Source of the DNA: Lingula anatina
Taxonomy: Eukaryota > Animalia > Brachiopoda
Direction: 5' to 3'
NCBI GenBank assembly: GCA_051362555.1
Contig: CM120648.1
Location: forward strand, 18,844,587-18,908,586
Length of the DNA: 64,000 nt
Shown in pieces: positions 13,701-27,900 of the stretch; the first letter of the stretch is position 1; each line of letters starts with the position of its first letter. Made by a program: the position numbers and the translations under genes. The notes below the pieces were generated by a model, which saw only the letters and a list, made by a program, of their open reading frames with translations, made no database searches and was not told the DNA's origin.

Positions 13701-16700
13701 TTTCAGAGTTATAAAGTCATTTGCCTTAATAGGCCATTAAATGAGATTACATAAAGCACACTTGTTGATATTTCCCTGTAAACGCCCAAAGGTAAAGCTC
13801 TCTGCTAGATTAATAATAAGGAAGCAGTGATAATTATGCAGGTAAATTTTGTTTAATATTGCAAATAAGTTTTAAATAATATATATATATATATATCAAA
13901 CTGGAAGATTAAAAGTTTGAATAGCATCTTCATTGGAATTATATTTACCTCAAGCTCTGCCAAGGAGGTCATATTTTCACCCCCGTTTGTCTGTCATCCA
14001 CATAACACAAAAAGTTATGGACTGATTTTGCAGAAATTTTCAGGAACTGTCGGAAGTGGGCCAAAGAGGACAATGATTAATTTTTGGTGGTGGTCTGGAA
14101 CAATAATCAATCAATTATCAATAATAATCAACAATTTCTGCCTTGACAGAGGTCTGCACTCTCAAAGTGCTTTTCTAGCTACGTTATGTTTTCCTTTATA
14201 ATTTTTTCTCAAACACTTGCATTTGTGACTTTTAACTCTCATCTGCCTGGGGCTCTGCACATTTTCTGTATTTCCACATAAGCAGTTGTATTGTTTTTTA
14301 TGTCTTTAAACATTATGTAATATTATTTTATGCACTGTCATCATTTTTCAAATATTGAGAGTTTCATAATGTGAATTTGAACTCTCATGGTCCTGAAACT
14401 GTAATTTTATTGAAGGGGTGGACCATCTTCTGGGTCTTCCTGAAGACAGTCAGGTTATTAAGTTTATATTGACTGGTATCTATTTTTTTCTGTTGGAAGA
14501 CCATCAAAATGGAGGATGGATCAACATAGATACTTTGTAATACTGTCAGAAAATATCTCTGGGTCCGCTCCTGTTATTGACCATGTTACCTGTTGTGCAA
14601 GATTAAAATTCAGTGTTGACTGACAGTGCTATTATAAGCATTATTTATTATTGCATCAAAATTGACAAAATGACCTTTTTTGCATCTTTATTTTCTGTTT
14701 TTTATCTGTACATTTGACAGCTTTGCTGCCTTGTTTTTTTTTTTTAACTAGTAAGCAAAATCTCTTACACTGCTACAGCACATCATCTACTTGCTACAAT
14801 TTTTACATCTGATGGTTTTTAAATTAAAGCTTACTGTCCCTGTGATTCATCAGCTGAGATTTTTTTTTTTTTTTTTGAATAAGTCATATTGTGTAATATT
14901 ATTCTGTGTTGTTGTTAAAGGGATAACAATTGTTTGTATGATATCCATATTTACTAATAAATATATTGTAAACAACTCATAAAAATATAACAAATTATGT
15001 TTTACCACTAAAATGGCAGTCAACACATTTATTCGTACCACCAGCCTGTAAGCTGTTGGTACTCCTAATTTTATTCCCGACCCGTCTCATACAGCTCCAC
15101 TAGCTCCGCATTCTGGAGCTGGATACAAGTCACCATTCTCCTCCTAGACCCCAAGGACCCATGTCCCCATCTCTTGGATTTAGGTCACATATTATCTCAA
15201 TTTGAACCCTTTTTTTTTTGGCTCAGTTGGTGCATTATCCTGGGCATGACGTTCGTTGAAACGCACCCTTGTCAAAATTTTTGAAAATTCGATGCCAAAT
15301 ATCTCTCAAACCAAAGGAATTATCGGAAAAATTACTATAGAATTTTGACCGAAAGTCATATTTGTAGATTCCAGATATGCCCTTGGATTTGACAGTTGAC
15401 CTTTATCTCAAGGTCAAACAGGCCAAAATCTCCAAAAAATGGGGATTTAAAAAAAATATGTTTGTGCCAATTTTTAGAAACTACACCGACCTAAGTGGGG
15501 GGATTACAATTTGGGACTTCTTCGGGAGTTTGGGGTCAATAGGTGCATTTTCACAGGAGAGGCAGCCGTTAGATGCCAAAGCTGAAAACTCTCTATTAAA
15601 CCAGAACCCTAAATACAAGAGACCTCTTGTTTTTTGCATTTCGTAGAGCTTGTCAAGCTCAATTGATACGTACTGGGGTTGGAATCCATTTTTTTGTTTG
15701 TTTTTGATATGTAGGTTAGGAGTTGTGCTATATAAAAAAGTACATTTCAATATTCAGTAGTGAAGCAAAATGTGAAATACTCAAAAACTGGCAGAGATAC
15801 ACCCATGGTTACTATTGACCTTGAATAAGAAGTCACATACTGGCAGCCAAACTGTGACCTTGAAATTGACCTTTGACCTACTTTTTCATCTTAAACTAAG
15901 TCTTGCAAATTTTTTGCCTCTTTTATCTGCAAAAATGGCAGAGATACACTTTGTGTGCAAATCGACTTTGTGATTTATGAAAAATGTCTGTATACTTCAC
16001 TTTGTTCTTCAGCAGTGATTCAGTATCCAGATTACACACCCTTTTTATCTATCTGTCTATTTTACTCGAAGTTTGTTTTACCCTGATATAAATAACGCAC
16101 CATAGTATTTTTGGGAATTTCTCAATTCAATTCAAAAATTTAATTAAGCTGCGATTTATCGACTTTTGTCATCGTGAAAATGTGAGATTTTACATAACAC
16201 ACTGTTACTCTCAAGCACATATGCAGGCATCCACCTCTCTAGATTTTCTCTCGCTTCCTCTCTGCTATCACTTCACAATAAATATAACGTCTGCAAACAT
16301 CATCGTTCACCTTATCCATGAGTCCTTTTGTCAATCTGAAGCATAACATATGTATTACCAGGTGAGTTTAATGAACGGCTTCGCCGATTGTGTGAAAGTG
16401 GTAAGATTCCAGTATACCGACAGCGAGTAGCTATTGTTGGACCTTACGGTGTGGGGAAGACTTATCTCGCCAAGCGCCTCATCCATGAGGAATATATCAA
16501 AGAAGAAGATGCAAATACAACTGGCGTGAATATATACCGCCATAGGTGTGTTGTCCATAAAGCTGGCCGATCCTGTTGGATCAGAGGAAAAGGTAAGCAG
16601 AATATAGGAAAACGTTTGACACATATGGAATATGTTTATAAAGAATACAAAGAACAGAAGATAAGACATTTTCAATTTTACCACATAATTCACAATAAGG

Positions 16701-18920
16701 AATTATACATACATGTACGTGTGGGTGTCCAAATGTGTCCTTCCCTATCTTAGTATGGTAGACGAGGGGCTGAGTGAAATAGTACCTAAATAAGTGGTGC
16801 CTTTGTATTGTTATCAATCAATTGACATACATGACACTTTACAATCTACTCCTACAGCCCATTGATTATTTTTTAACTGGGTACAAACACTATAATTTCA
16901 TTCTTTGTAAAAACACCATGCTTTTTTCTACTCAATATTGAATTGAATTTTTCAACGGTGTAGCCTGATACGTACACTCAGAAAGGGTACATTTAGATAC
17001 AACGCTTGATCTACCTGTATGATCCTTCCAACTATTCTCAGATGATCCAAAAGACCAGTTTGCACAAAACATGGCAATTGGAGTACAGAATTCAGATACG
17101 TTTTGTGAGCCGGACTTAACAGTATTGGACCAAACGCCACTAGAGGAATCCCCACCAGATTCAGAAGAGAATATTAATAACATGCTGACAAATAGAGGTA
17201 TTGTACATGATTGTCTCGAATAGTTCATCTTGGTGCAATTTAAACAGATATTTGTAGTTATTCTTCTTTTTTGCCAAGAGATTCCACCTTCTATGTGTTT
17301 TTCTTTGGCCATTCCACATATATGTGCCTTGAAAACATTTTTGTTTACTTCAAGGTTGATTCTTTTTCTGTTAGAATGTTGTTTGATATTATTCTTCTCT
17401 TTATTCTACAGCCGCTTCCCCTGATGACAGTGAATCACCTGCCTCTCCTGACAAAGCAGCAGGTAAGTAGTTCACATGTAGTAAAACAAAATTCTCGTGT
17501 ATTGCTCAGAATGTTCGAGAGTTTTTCTTAGCTTGTTGATAAGGTATGTGAGTTTCTATCTTCTTATTTTCATCATACTGGGACTTTGAACTCACATGGG
17601 CATGAAGCCTGGTGGTAATCAAATTTTCTTAATGTCCATGTTTTTAATAGAAGATAATTAAAATTTTGTGGTATTTATACAGTTGACCATTATGTTATAT
17701 TGCATCAAAAATCTACTTTGTGCACTATCACCATAACGTTATAAAAAGAAAACTGTTACCTATTTTATATTTACAAAAAATGATTCTTAGGATTGACAAA
17801 CAGCTTAAATTAGAAAAATCAGCTCTTTTGAATTATCCTTTTTATCGAATTATGCATTTTTTGTGAAATTTTTATTTATCTCATTCTGGTGTGAGCTTGA
17901 ACTCTCATGGGCCTGAAGCCTTATGCTTTTACTTACATCGTTATATACTGTTGTGCATAATTAAATTTTGGGGTTGACTGTGCAGTTAAGCATTGTATTA
18001 CATTAGAACTGACAGCCTCCTATTTTGTGCATTATTATTTTCTGCTTTTTTAAAATTGTGACTTAGATATTTCATGGGCCTGAATACCGTTGCTAGTCAC
18101 ATTTGGGTGACAAGCCTCTAATCTTCCATTGGGTAACTACTAGCTAAATTCAGAGCTATAAGGTCACTTGCCTAAATTAAGTTTCAAGTGGCAATAAAAT
18201 GAGATCATATAAAACACACATGTTGAGATTCCCTGTAAACTCCCATAGGTTAAGTTTTCTGCCAGATAACAGTGTCCATAATAGGGAAGCAGTGATAATT
18301 ATGCAGATAAATGTTGTTTAATTTTGCAAATTAGTTTTCAAAAAATTATTTTGTATAATGCCAACATTAATGCTAGTTTTAAAAGCAGCTTTACTGAAAT
18401 GTTTTGTTTTTAATTTTTTTCAAACACTGAGGGTTTCAACTCAATTTTTAACTCCCCTCCACCTGAAGCTCTGCACATTTTCTGTTTTCCCACAAAGGCA
18501 GTTGTATTGGTATTTATGTATTTCAGCATTATGTAACATTATATTATTCTATGCACTGCTTTCATATGTCAAATATTGTGATTTTTATTACTAGTATGTG
18601 AATTTGAACTTTCGTGGTCCTGAAACTGTAATCTTATCATAGGGGCAGATTGGGATCGTCCTCAAGGTTTTCAGGAAGACGGTCAGATTTTAAAGTTAAC
18701 ATTGACGGGTATCTATTTTTTTGTTGGAAGACCATCTAAAATGGAGGGTGGATTAACAAAGATATTTTAAAATACTGTCAGAAAATACATTTGGATCCGC
18801 TCCTGTTATTGACCATGTTACCTGTTGTGCATGACTTAAATTCAGTGTCGATTGACTGTGCTATTACAAGTATTATTTATTATTGCATCAAAATGAGAAA
18901 ATAACCTATTTTTTGCATCT

Positions 18921-18959
<39 letters not shown>

Positions 18960-21900
18960 TTTTGTCTGTAGACTTGTCCTTCAAGAAATACATGCCTTCA
19001 AGAAATCGACGAAAACTGGAAGTGCATGTTTTTTGCACTGTTTTTCCTGTCATGCCCATCGTAAACAATGTGTTGTCAAGTAAAAGGAAGCATCTGATAC
19101 AAAGTATCAAACGCGGCATTGACGTGCTTGCTTGCGATGTGTTCAGTACACTTTGTTTACACTGACAAGTCGAGGTCAGAAATGCACAATGTTTTTCTAT
19201 GTAATTATGCAGTTTCAATTTTGATTAGTGAATTTTCTTTTATCTGCATGGTCATTTTCCAAACATTTGTATAAGCCACGAAATATTTCTCATCGGAAAA
19301 TCACCCAGCAGCTTTCCAAGTACAAGCGAGTGACGTCATGACGCACTTCCGGTTTTCGTCAAGATCTTGAAGGGATTAGCGTTATGGTTTGCTGCACATT
19401 TAAAGCGTTCTGTCTCTAAATGTACTTGACTGCTTGGATTGAAATTTACAGAACTTATTCTTCACATGATATCACACATATGTGCTTAATTTGAGAGCTT
19501 TAGCTGTTATATATTTGTACCACCAGCGTTAGCGCTGGCGGTACACATGGTTTTAGTCCCGTCCGGTCCGTTCCGCCGGCTCCTGCGGCTCCGCCGGCTC
19601 CGCCGGCTCCGCCGCCATGTTACCGTTACCGCTTCTCCTCCTAGACGGTAAGGGCCCCCATACCCATCTCTTGGATTTAGGTCACCTATAATCTCAACTC
19701 GTTCCACGTAAAATTTGGGCTTTGTCGGTATTGGGGTCTAGGTGTGGCATTCATTGCAATGCACCCTTGTCCAAAAATGGCAAAATTAAATGCTAATTAT
19801 CTACCCTACGGAAGGAATTATGGGAAAAATTTCTACAGACGGCTTTCCAAAAGTCATATGTGTAGATTTCAAATATGCCCTTGGATTTGACCTTTGACCT
19901 TTATTTCAAGGTCAAACAGGCCAAATTTTTCAAAAAAATGAATTTTTTTACGAAAAAAAAATTATTTGCGCTGTTATTCAGACACCACACAGACTTAACC
20001 AATAATATTATTGGAAAATGATACCCTTCAGGTCATCTTTCATCTCCGTGAATTTGGGGTCAATCGGTGCATTTTAACGGGAGTAGCGGCCATAAGATAC
20101 CGAAACTGAAAACTGTCTCTAATTCGGGGACCGTTAATGCTAGAGACCCATTCTTTTTTGCATTTTGTAGAGCATGTAAAGCCCAACACTGAAGGTGGTC
20201 TCCGTTTTTTTGTTTTCCATACGGTTTTCGAGCTACGCTGTGTCAAAAAGTACATATTGGTCGTGAAAGCAAAATGTGCAGTACGGTAATGGATAATAAA
20301 TTTTGAACTCTGGAAAAATAAAACATAAGGCTTGGCTAAGCAGACAACTTGTGGTCAAAAATGACATTATTTCATCAAATTTGAACTTCTGGAACTTCAG
20401 AGCACCTCCCATTTCAAGAATTTTGACCAAAATGACCTTTTCTTTCTTTTAATTAATTTTTTCTGTAGGAAATTTATGGCACATTAAGGTAACTCCAAAA
20501 TTATAACATTTAGTCCCTTATATCTCCAAAACTGGCAGAGATAGGTCCATACTTACTATTGAAGTTGAATAGGAAGTCATATACTGGCAATCTAAATGTG
20601 ACCTTGAAATTGACCTTTGACCTACTTTTCACCATGAATTGAACTTTGCAAATTTTGCTTCCCTTTTATCTCCAAAACTGGCAGAGATAGGTCCATAGTT
20701 TCTATTGAACTTGAATAGGAAGTCATATACTGGCAATCTAAATGTGACCTTGAAATTGACCTTTGACCTACTTTTCACCATGAACTGAACTTTGCAAATT
20801 TTGGTTCCCTTTTATCTCCAAAACTGGCAGAGATAGGTCCATAGTTACTATTGAAGTTGAATAGGAAGTCATATACTGGCAATCTAAATGTGACCTTGAA
20901 ATTGACCTTTGACCTACTTTTCACTATGAACTGAACTCTGCTAATTTCTTTCTCTTTTAACTCCAAACCTGGCAGAGATAGGTCCATAGTTACTATTGAA
21001 GTTGAATAGGAAGTCATATACTGGCAATCTAAATGTGACATTGAAATTGACCTTTGACCTACTTTTCACCATGAACTGAACTCTGCTAATTTCTTTCTCT
21101 TTTAACTCCAAACCTGGCAGAGATAGGTCCATAGTTACTATTGAAGTTGAATAGGAAGTCATATACTGGCAATCTAAATTCGACCTTGAAATTGACCTTT
21201 GACCTACTTTTTATCATGAATTGAACTTTGCAAATTTTGGTTCCCTTTTATCTCCAAAACAGGCAGAGATAGGTCCATAGTTTTTATTGGACTTGAATAG
21301 GAAGTCATATACTGGCAATCTAAATGTTACCTTGAAATTGACCTTTGACCTACTTTTCACTATGAACTGAACTCTGCTAATTTCTTTCTCTTTTAACTCC
21401 AAACCTGGCAGAGATAGGTCCATAGTTACTATTGAAGTTGAATAGGAAGTCATATACTGGCAATCTAAATGTGACCTTGAAATTGACCTTTGACCTACTT
21501 TTCACCATGAATTAAACTTTGCAAATTTTGCTTCCCTTTTATCTGCAAAACTGGCAGAGATAGGTCCATAGCTTCTATTGAACTTGAATATAAAGTCATA
21601 TACTGGCAATCTAAATGTGACCTTGAAATTGACCTTTGACCTACTTTTCACCATGAACTGAACTTTGCAAATTTTGCTTCCCTTTTATCTCCAAAACTGG
21701 CAGAGATAGGTCCATAGTTACTATTGAAGTTGAATAGGAAGTCATATACTGGCAATCTAAATGTGACCTTGAAATTGACCTTTGACCTACTTTTTATCAT
21801 GAATTGAACTTTGCAAATTTTGGTTCCCTTTTATCTCCAAAACTGGCAGAGATAGGTCCATAGTTACTATTGAAGTTGAATAGGAAGTCATATACTGGCA

Positions 21901-24900
21901 CATATTGGTGGTGAAAGCAAAATGTGGAGTACGGTAATGGATAATAAATTTTGAACTCCGGAAAAATAAAACATAAGGCTTGGCAAAGCAGACAACTTGT
22001 GGTCAAAAATGACATTATTTCATCAAATTTGAACATCTGGAACTTCAGAGCACCTCTTATTTCAAGAATTTTGACCAAAATGACCTTTTCTTTATTTTAA
22101 TTAATTTTTTCTGTAGGAAATTTATGGCACATTATGGTAACTCCAAAATTAAAACATATAGTCCCTTATATCTCCAAAACTGGCAGAGATAGGTCCATAG
22201 TTACTATTGAAGTTGAATAGGAAGTCATATACTGGCAATCTAAATGTGACCTTGAAATTGACCTTTGACCTACTTTTCACCATGAACAGAACTTTGCATA
22301 TTTTTTTTTCCCTTTTATCTCCAAAACTGGCAGAGATAGGTCCATAGTTACTATTGAACTTGAATAGGAAGTCAGAGATAGGTCCATAGTTTCTATTGAA
22401 CTTGCATGGGAAGTCATATACTGGCAATCTAAGTGTGACCTTGAAATTGACCTTTGACCTACTTTTTATCATGAATTGAATTTTGCAAATTTTGGTTCCC
22501 TTTTATCTCCAAAACTGGCAGAGATAGGTCCATAGTTTCTATTGAACTTGCATGGAAAGTCATATACTGGCAATCTAAATGTGACCTTGAAATTGACCTT
22601 TGACCTACTTTTCACTATGAACTGAACTCTGCAAATTTCTTTCTCTTTTAACTCCAAACCTGGCAGAGATAGGTCCATAGTTACCATTAAAGTTGAATAT
22701 GAAGTCATATACTGGCAATTTACTGTGACCTTGAAATTGACCTTTGACCTACCTTACGATGAACTTAACTTTGATTGTACCATTTTAAGTTATATTTATT
22801 TTTTTGCATATTTTGAAAATTCTTGTTGATTGCATTTTTACAGCTTGTCAAGCATAAGACTGGTGGCTGTGTCCCTTCCTTTGTGTATGTGGGGGTCTAT
22901 ACGAATGCACTTGCTCCAGCTGGTGGTACAATATTCGGAGGCGGTATCGCCTCTCTGATCCTCTAGTTTCTACAGTGCCCATTCAAAATTGAAAAAGAGC
23001 TATTTTCCGTCAATTTTTCTTGAAGGGCAGGTCTACATATGACAGATTTGCTGTCTTGTTTTATCTGGGTACAAACACGACAATTTAATTTTCTGTAAAA
23101 TAAGTCTTCTTTATATGACTGAGGATTATTTTTCTTTTTGCCAAGGGATTCCACCTTCTATGTGTTTTTTGTTGGCCATTATACCTTATGTGCCTTGAAG
23201 ACTGGGCACTTGATACCAATTATACTTGATCTTATTAGATGCATTTTCGATGTAATTTATTTATTTTTATACAATATTTATAGACCAATATCCCAAAGTT
23301 ATATGTTAAAATTTTGTAAAGAAATTCCTTTATCTTAGCCACATTTTTGTTTACTTTAAGATTGAGTCATTTTCTGCTAGAATGGTGTTTGATATTCTTC
23401 TTCTCTTTATTCTACAGCCGCTCCACCTGCCTCTCCTGACAGAGCAGCAGGTAAGTAGTGCACATGTAGTAAAACAAGATTCCGTCTTTTGCTCATAATC
23501 TGCAAGAGTTGTTCTTAGCTTGTCGATTAAGTATGTGAGTTCCTGCATTCTTATTTTCATCAAACTGTATTAGTAATGTTATATTAAAATTGACTATACC
23601 TTACAATTTTAATTGATTTTAATGAATGTTAAAACATTCAGTATTTATCACCCAGTTATGTTTTGAGCTTACTCACTTGTATTCAACAGAGAGGATACAT
23701 TTTTAAGAAAAAAATGTTTTTTTTTTGGAAATTGCCGATAAACCTTCAGAAACAGATGAAAGCTTCTAATTTATTTGATAACTGTTTCACAAAGTTAATT
23801 GACACTAAATACATTCAAATTTTGTCAATGATTACAATACTTCTTTATGCTAAAAAGTTTTATTTTAACCGCACTGTTTATTGTACAGTCCTTTTCAAAG
23901 GTGAAAGTGGATCTCATACCTCTGGGGAAGAAAACATGGGTAGTATAAGAATGTTGACGATATGTCGATGTATGAACAGTCCCTGACAAATGAAATAAAT
24001 TAGATTGAAAGCATGTCTATAAAGATTAAGGTCTAGTCTCTCACAACCCCCCCCCCCCCCCCCCCCCCCCTTAAAGAAGGCACATCAGCTGAAAACTCAA
24101 TTGGGCGCTTGATACCAATTATACTTATTACATGCATTTTCAATCTAATTTATTTATTTTTATACAATATTTATACAATATACTGCGGGATTAATACGAT
24201 GATTTGGATAAATATGCACGCATTGCAATACATAACAATATGCATTATGCTAAAATCATTTAGTTTGGACATAGCTTATTGTATTCATCGCAGTGGCAGA
24301 AAGGAACCATCTAGATGATATTGACAAGGAGCTATTGGAAAAAATTGAGAAAATTGCCCGAGGGGAAGATGTGGAGCCAGAGAAACAGGTCACAATTTGG
24401 GATTTTGCAGGACAGGATGTCTACTACACCACGCACCAAACATTCCTCTCAGAGCGGATCATCTACTTGTTGGTATTCCGACTTGACCAGGACCTCGATG
24501 ATAAAATCCGTGTATACAGGGGAGAGAAGACGCTGAAAGGTATTGTTGAGCTTTATATCTTTACATGTATAAGCTACTCAGGGCCCTGATGTAAATAATG
24601 GCCTATCAACTGTGTGTAATTTCTTTATTAAAAGATCCACATTTTTAAATCTCTCTATTGCTCTTAATATATATATATATATATAACATTGAGATTTTAG
24701 TAGCGTTAATTTTAAATGGTTCCGATGAGTGTTTTGGATTGTAATATTCTAGTGATTTTAAGGATTTTAGTTATATTTACCATTGTAAGCCGCCCAATAA
24801 GAAACATTATTATTATTATTATTATTATTATATTATTGGCGCTATTTTTTAGCAATGCTGAGGAGAAAACACCGATTAATATTCATCTTTGCATTAACAT

Positions 24901-27900
24901 CAAGGCTTTGTATGTATTTTTCAGAGTTTATTATGTTTTGGTTAAACTCAATCCATATGCACACTATTGGAAAATTGAGGGAAGAAGACAAAAATGCCAT
25001 GCCATACGTCTTGATTATTGGAACTCATAAGGACATGTTATGCCCACAGGTGAAAACGCTTTTCTTTTCACAATTATTCAATTACTACCATACTTATTGT
25101 ACCACCAGCGTAGGCGCTGGCGGTACACATGGTTTTAGTCCCGACCCGTATGTTCCGCCGGTTCCGTCGGCTCCTGCGGCTCCGCCGCCAAGTCACCGTT
25201 ACCGCTTCTCCTCCTAGACGGTAAGGGCCTCCATACCCATCTCTTCGATTTAGGTCACCTATAATCTCAACATGTCCACGTAAAATTTGGGCTTTGTCGG
25301 TATTGGGGTCTAGGTGTGGCACTTATTGCAATGCACCCTTGTCCAAAAATGGCAAAATTAAATGCATATTATCTCCCCTACGGAAGGAATTATGGGAAAA
25401 ATTTCTACAGACAGCTTTCCAAAAGTCATATGTGTAGATTTCAAATATGCCCTTGAATTTGACCTTTAGAGTTTCGAGTTACGCTGTATCCAAAAGTACA
25501 TATTGGTGGTGAAAGCAAAATGTGCAGTACGGTAATGGATAATAAATTTTGAACTCCGGAAAAATAAAACATAAGGCTTGGCAAAGCAGACAACTTGTGG
25601 TCAAAAATGATATTCTTTCATCAAATTTGAACATCTGGAACTTCAGAGCACCTCCCATTCCAAGAATTTTGACCAAAATGATGTTTTCTTTATTTAAATT
25701 AATCTTTTCTGTAGGAAATTTATGGCACATTATGGTAACTCAAAAATTATAACATTTAGTCCCTTATATCTCCAAAACTGGCAGAGATAGGTCCATAGTT
25801 TCTATTGAAGTTGAATAGGAAGTCATATACTGGCAATCTACATGTGACCTTAAAATTGACCTTTGACCTACTTTTCACCATGAACTAAACTTTGCAAATT
25901 TTGATTCCCTTTTATCTCCAAAACTGGCAGAGATAGGTCCATAGTTACTATTGAACTTGAATAGGAAGTCATATACTGGCAATCTAAATGTGACCTTAAA
26001 ATTGACCTTTAACCTACTTTTCACCATGAACTGAACTTTGCAAATTTTGCTTCCCTTTTATCTCCAAAACTGGCAGAGATAGGTCCCTAGTTTCTATTGA
26101 ACTTGAATAGGAAGTCATATACTGGCAATCTACATGTGACCTTAAAATTGACCTTTGACCTACTTTTCATCATGAACTGAACTTTGCAAATTTTGCTTCC
26201 CTTTTATCTCCAAAACTGGCAGAGATAGGTCCATAGTCTCTATTGAAGTTGAATAGGAAGGCATATACTGGCAATCTAAGAGTGACCTTAAAATTGACCT
26301 TTGACATACTTTTCACCATGAACTGAATTTTGCATATTTTGCTTCCACTTTATCTCCAAAACTGGCAGAGATAGGTCCATAGTTACTATTGAACGTGAAA
26401 GGAAGTCATATACTGGCAATCTAAGTGTGACCTTTAAATTGACCTTTGACCTACTTATTATCAAGAACTGAACTCTGCTAATTTCTTTCTCTTTTAACTC
26501 CAAATCTGGCAGAGATAGGCGAATAGTTACTATTGAAGTTGAATAGGAAGTCATATACTGGCAATTTACTGTGACCTTGGAATTGACCTTTGACCTACCT
26601 TACGATGAACTTAACTTTGATTGTACCATTTTTAGTTATATATATATTTTTTGCATATTTTGAAAATTCTTGTTGATTGCATTTTTACAGCTTGTTAAGC
26701 ACAAGACTGGTGGCTGTGTTCCTTATTTTGTGTATGTGGGGGTCTATAAGAATGCGCTTGCTCCAGCTGGTGGTACAATATTCAGAGGCGATATCGCCTC
26801 TCTGATCCTCTAGTTCTATGTATAATTTGTATCCCTTCAACCATATCACGATTCCTGACGAGTGACTTAATTATTTAGAAACTTTTCACTATGTGACTAT
26901 TTGTGGATGGCATGATTTAATGTTGGGGGAAAAGGGTGTCCCTTGCCCACTGACTCCATCCTAAGTTTATAGGTTCATTGCAGCACACCCATTTTTCAAC
27001 TTGAACGAAGTGGACTATATCATATACACATATATACATGTACATACACACACCCTGGTAGATGTTTTCTTTCGCTCTGACACTTAAGCATTATTATATA
27101 GTAGTGCAAAACTACAAAAGAATCTTAACATCTTTTCATTCATAGGGCGAGGTTGAAAAGATTTTTGATAAACTCAAGAAGTGTCTCGATGACAAGCAGG
27201 TACTCAAGGACCACGTCTATCGATATTTTGCCATAAGCAACTTGGCCGAAGACGATGAGGAGTTTGCTGAAATAAAAAGAGCGATCGAAGATTTGTGCGG
27301 TTATAGCAGCGACAGTGAGGCTACCGTTCAACATCTTCCAGTGAGTTGGATTAAATTGGAAATGAATTTGGCAAAGAAGAGTGAAGAAACACCCATCATA
27401 AGTATTGAAAAATTGATGGAAATGGCGCAAAGGGTAGGACTCCCTGATGGAGAATTACAAGAAAAATTCATTCCTTACCATCACCGTCAAGGCGACATCC
27501 TACACTTTAAAATTGATGGACTGGAAAGTGTCGTCATAATAGATCCACTTTGGTTAGCAGTTGTGTTTTCTGCCATCATGACCCCGGCCAGCATTCACTC
27601 TGGATGCAGTCGCGGCCATGTCCTGAAAGATGAGCTTGAAAGAGGAGTCCTAAAAGAGGAGGTATTTGATGAGTATCTAAAAGAATTCAAGATGGCAGAA
27701 AAAAAGACTGAAATCATTCGACTTATGCTGCATTTCGACTTGATGTTAGAAATATCCCAATCAGTTGAAAACCCTCTGCCTGGACATGGAAAAAGAAGAT
27801 TCCTCGTACCCAGTATGCTGGTATCAAATAACAGTGCGAATGAGACAAATCCGCAGAAATATTTGCTTATCGCATTCCCTCATATTCTGTTTCCTACTGG

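Noticed and set aside
16964-17041. Alternative acceptor at 16963 for exon 3
   Set aside because: Phase-1 joining gives an immediate TGA. The acceptor at 17041 keeps the frame.
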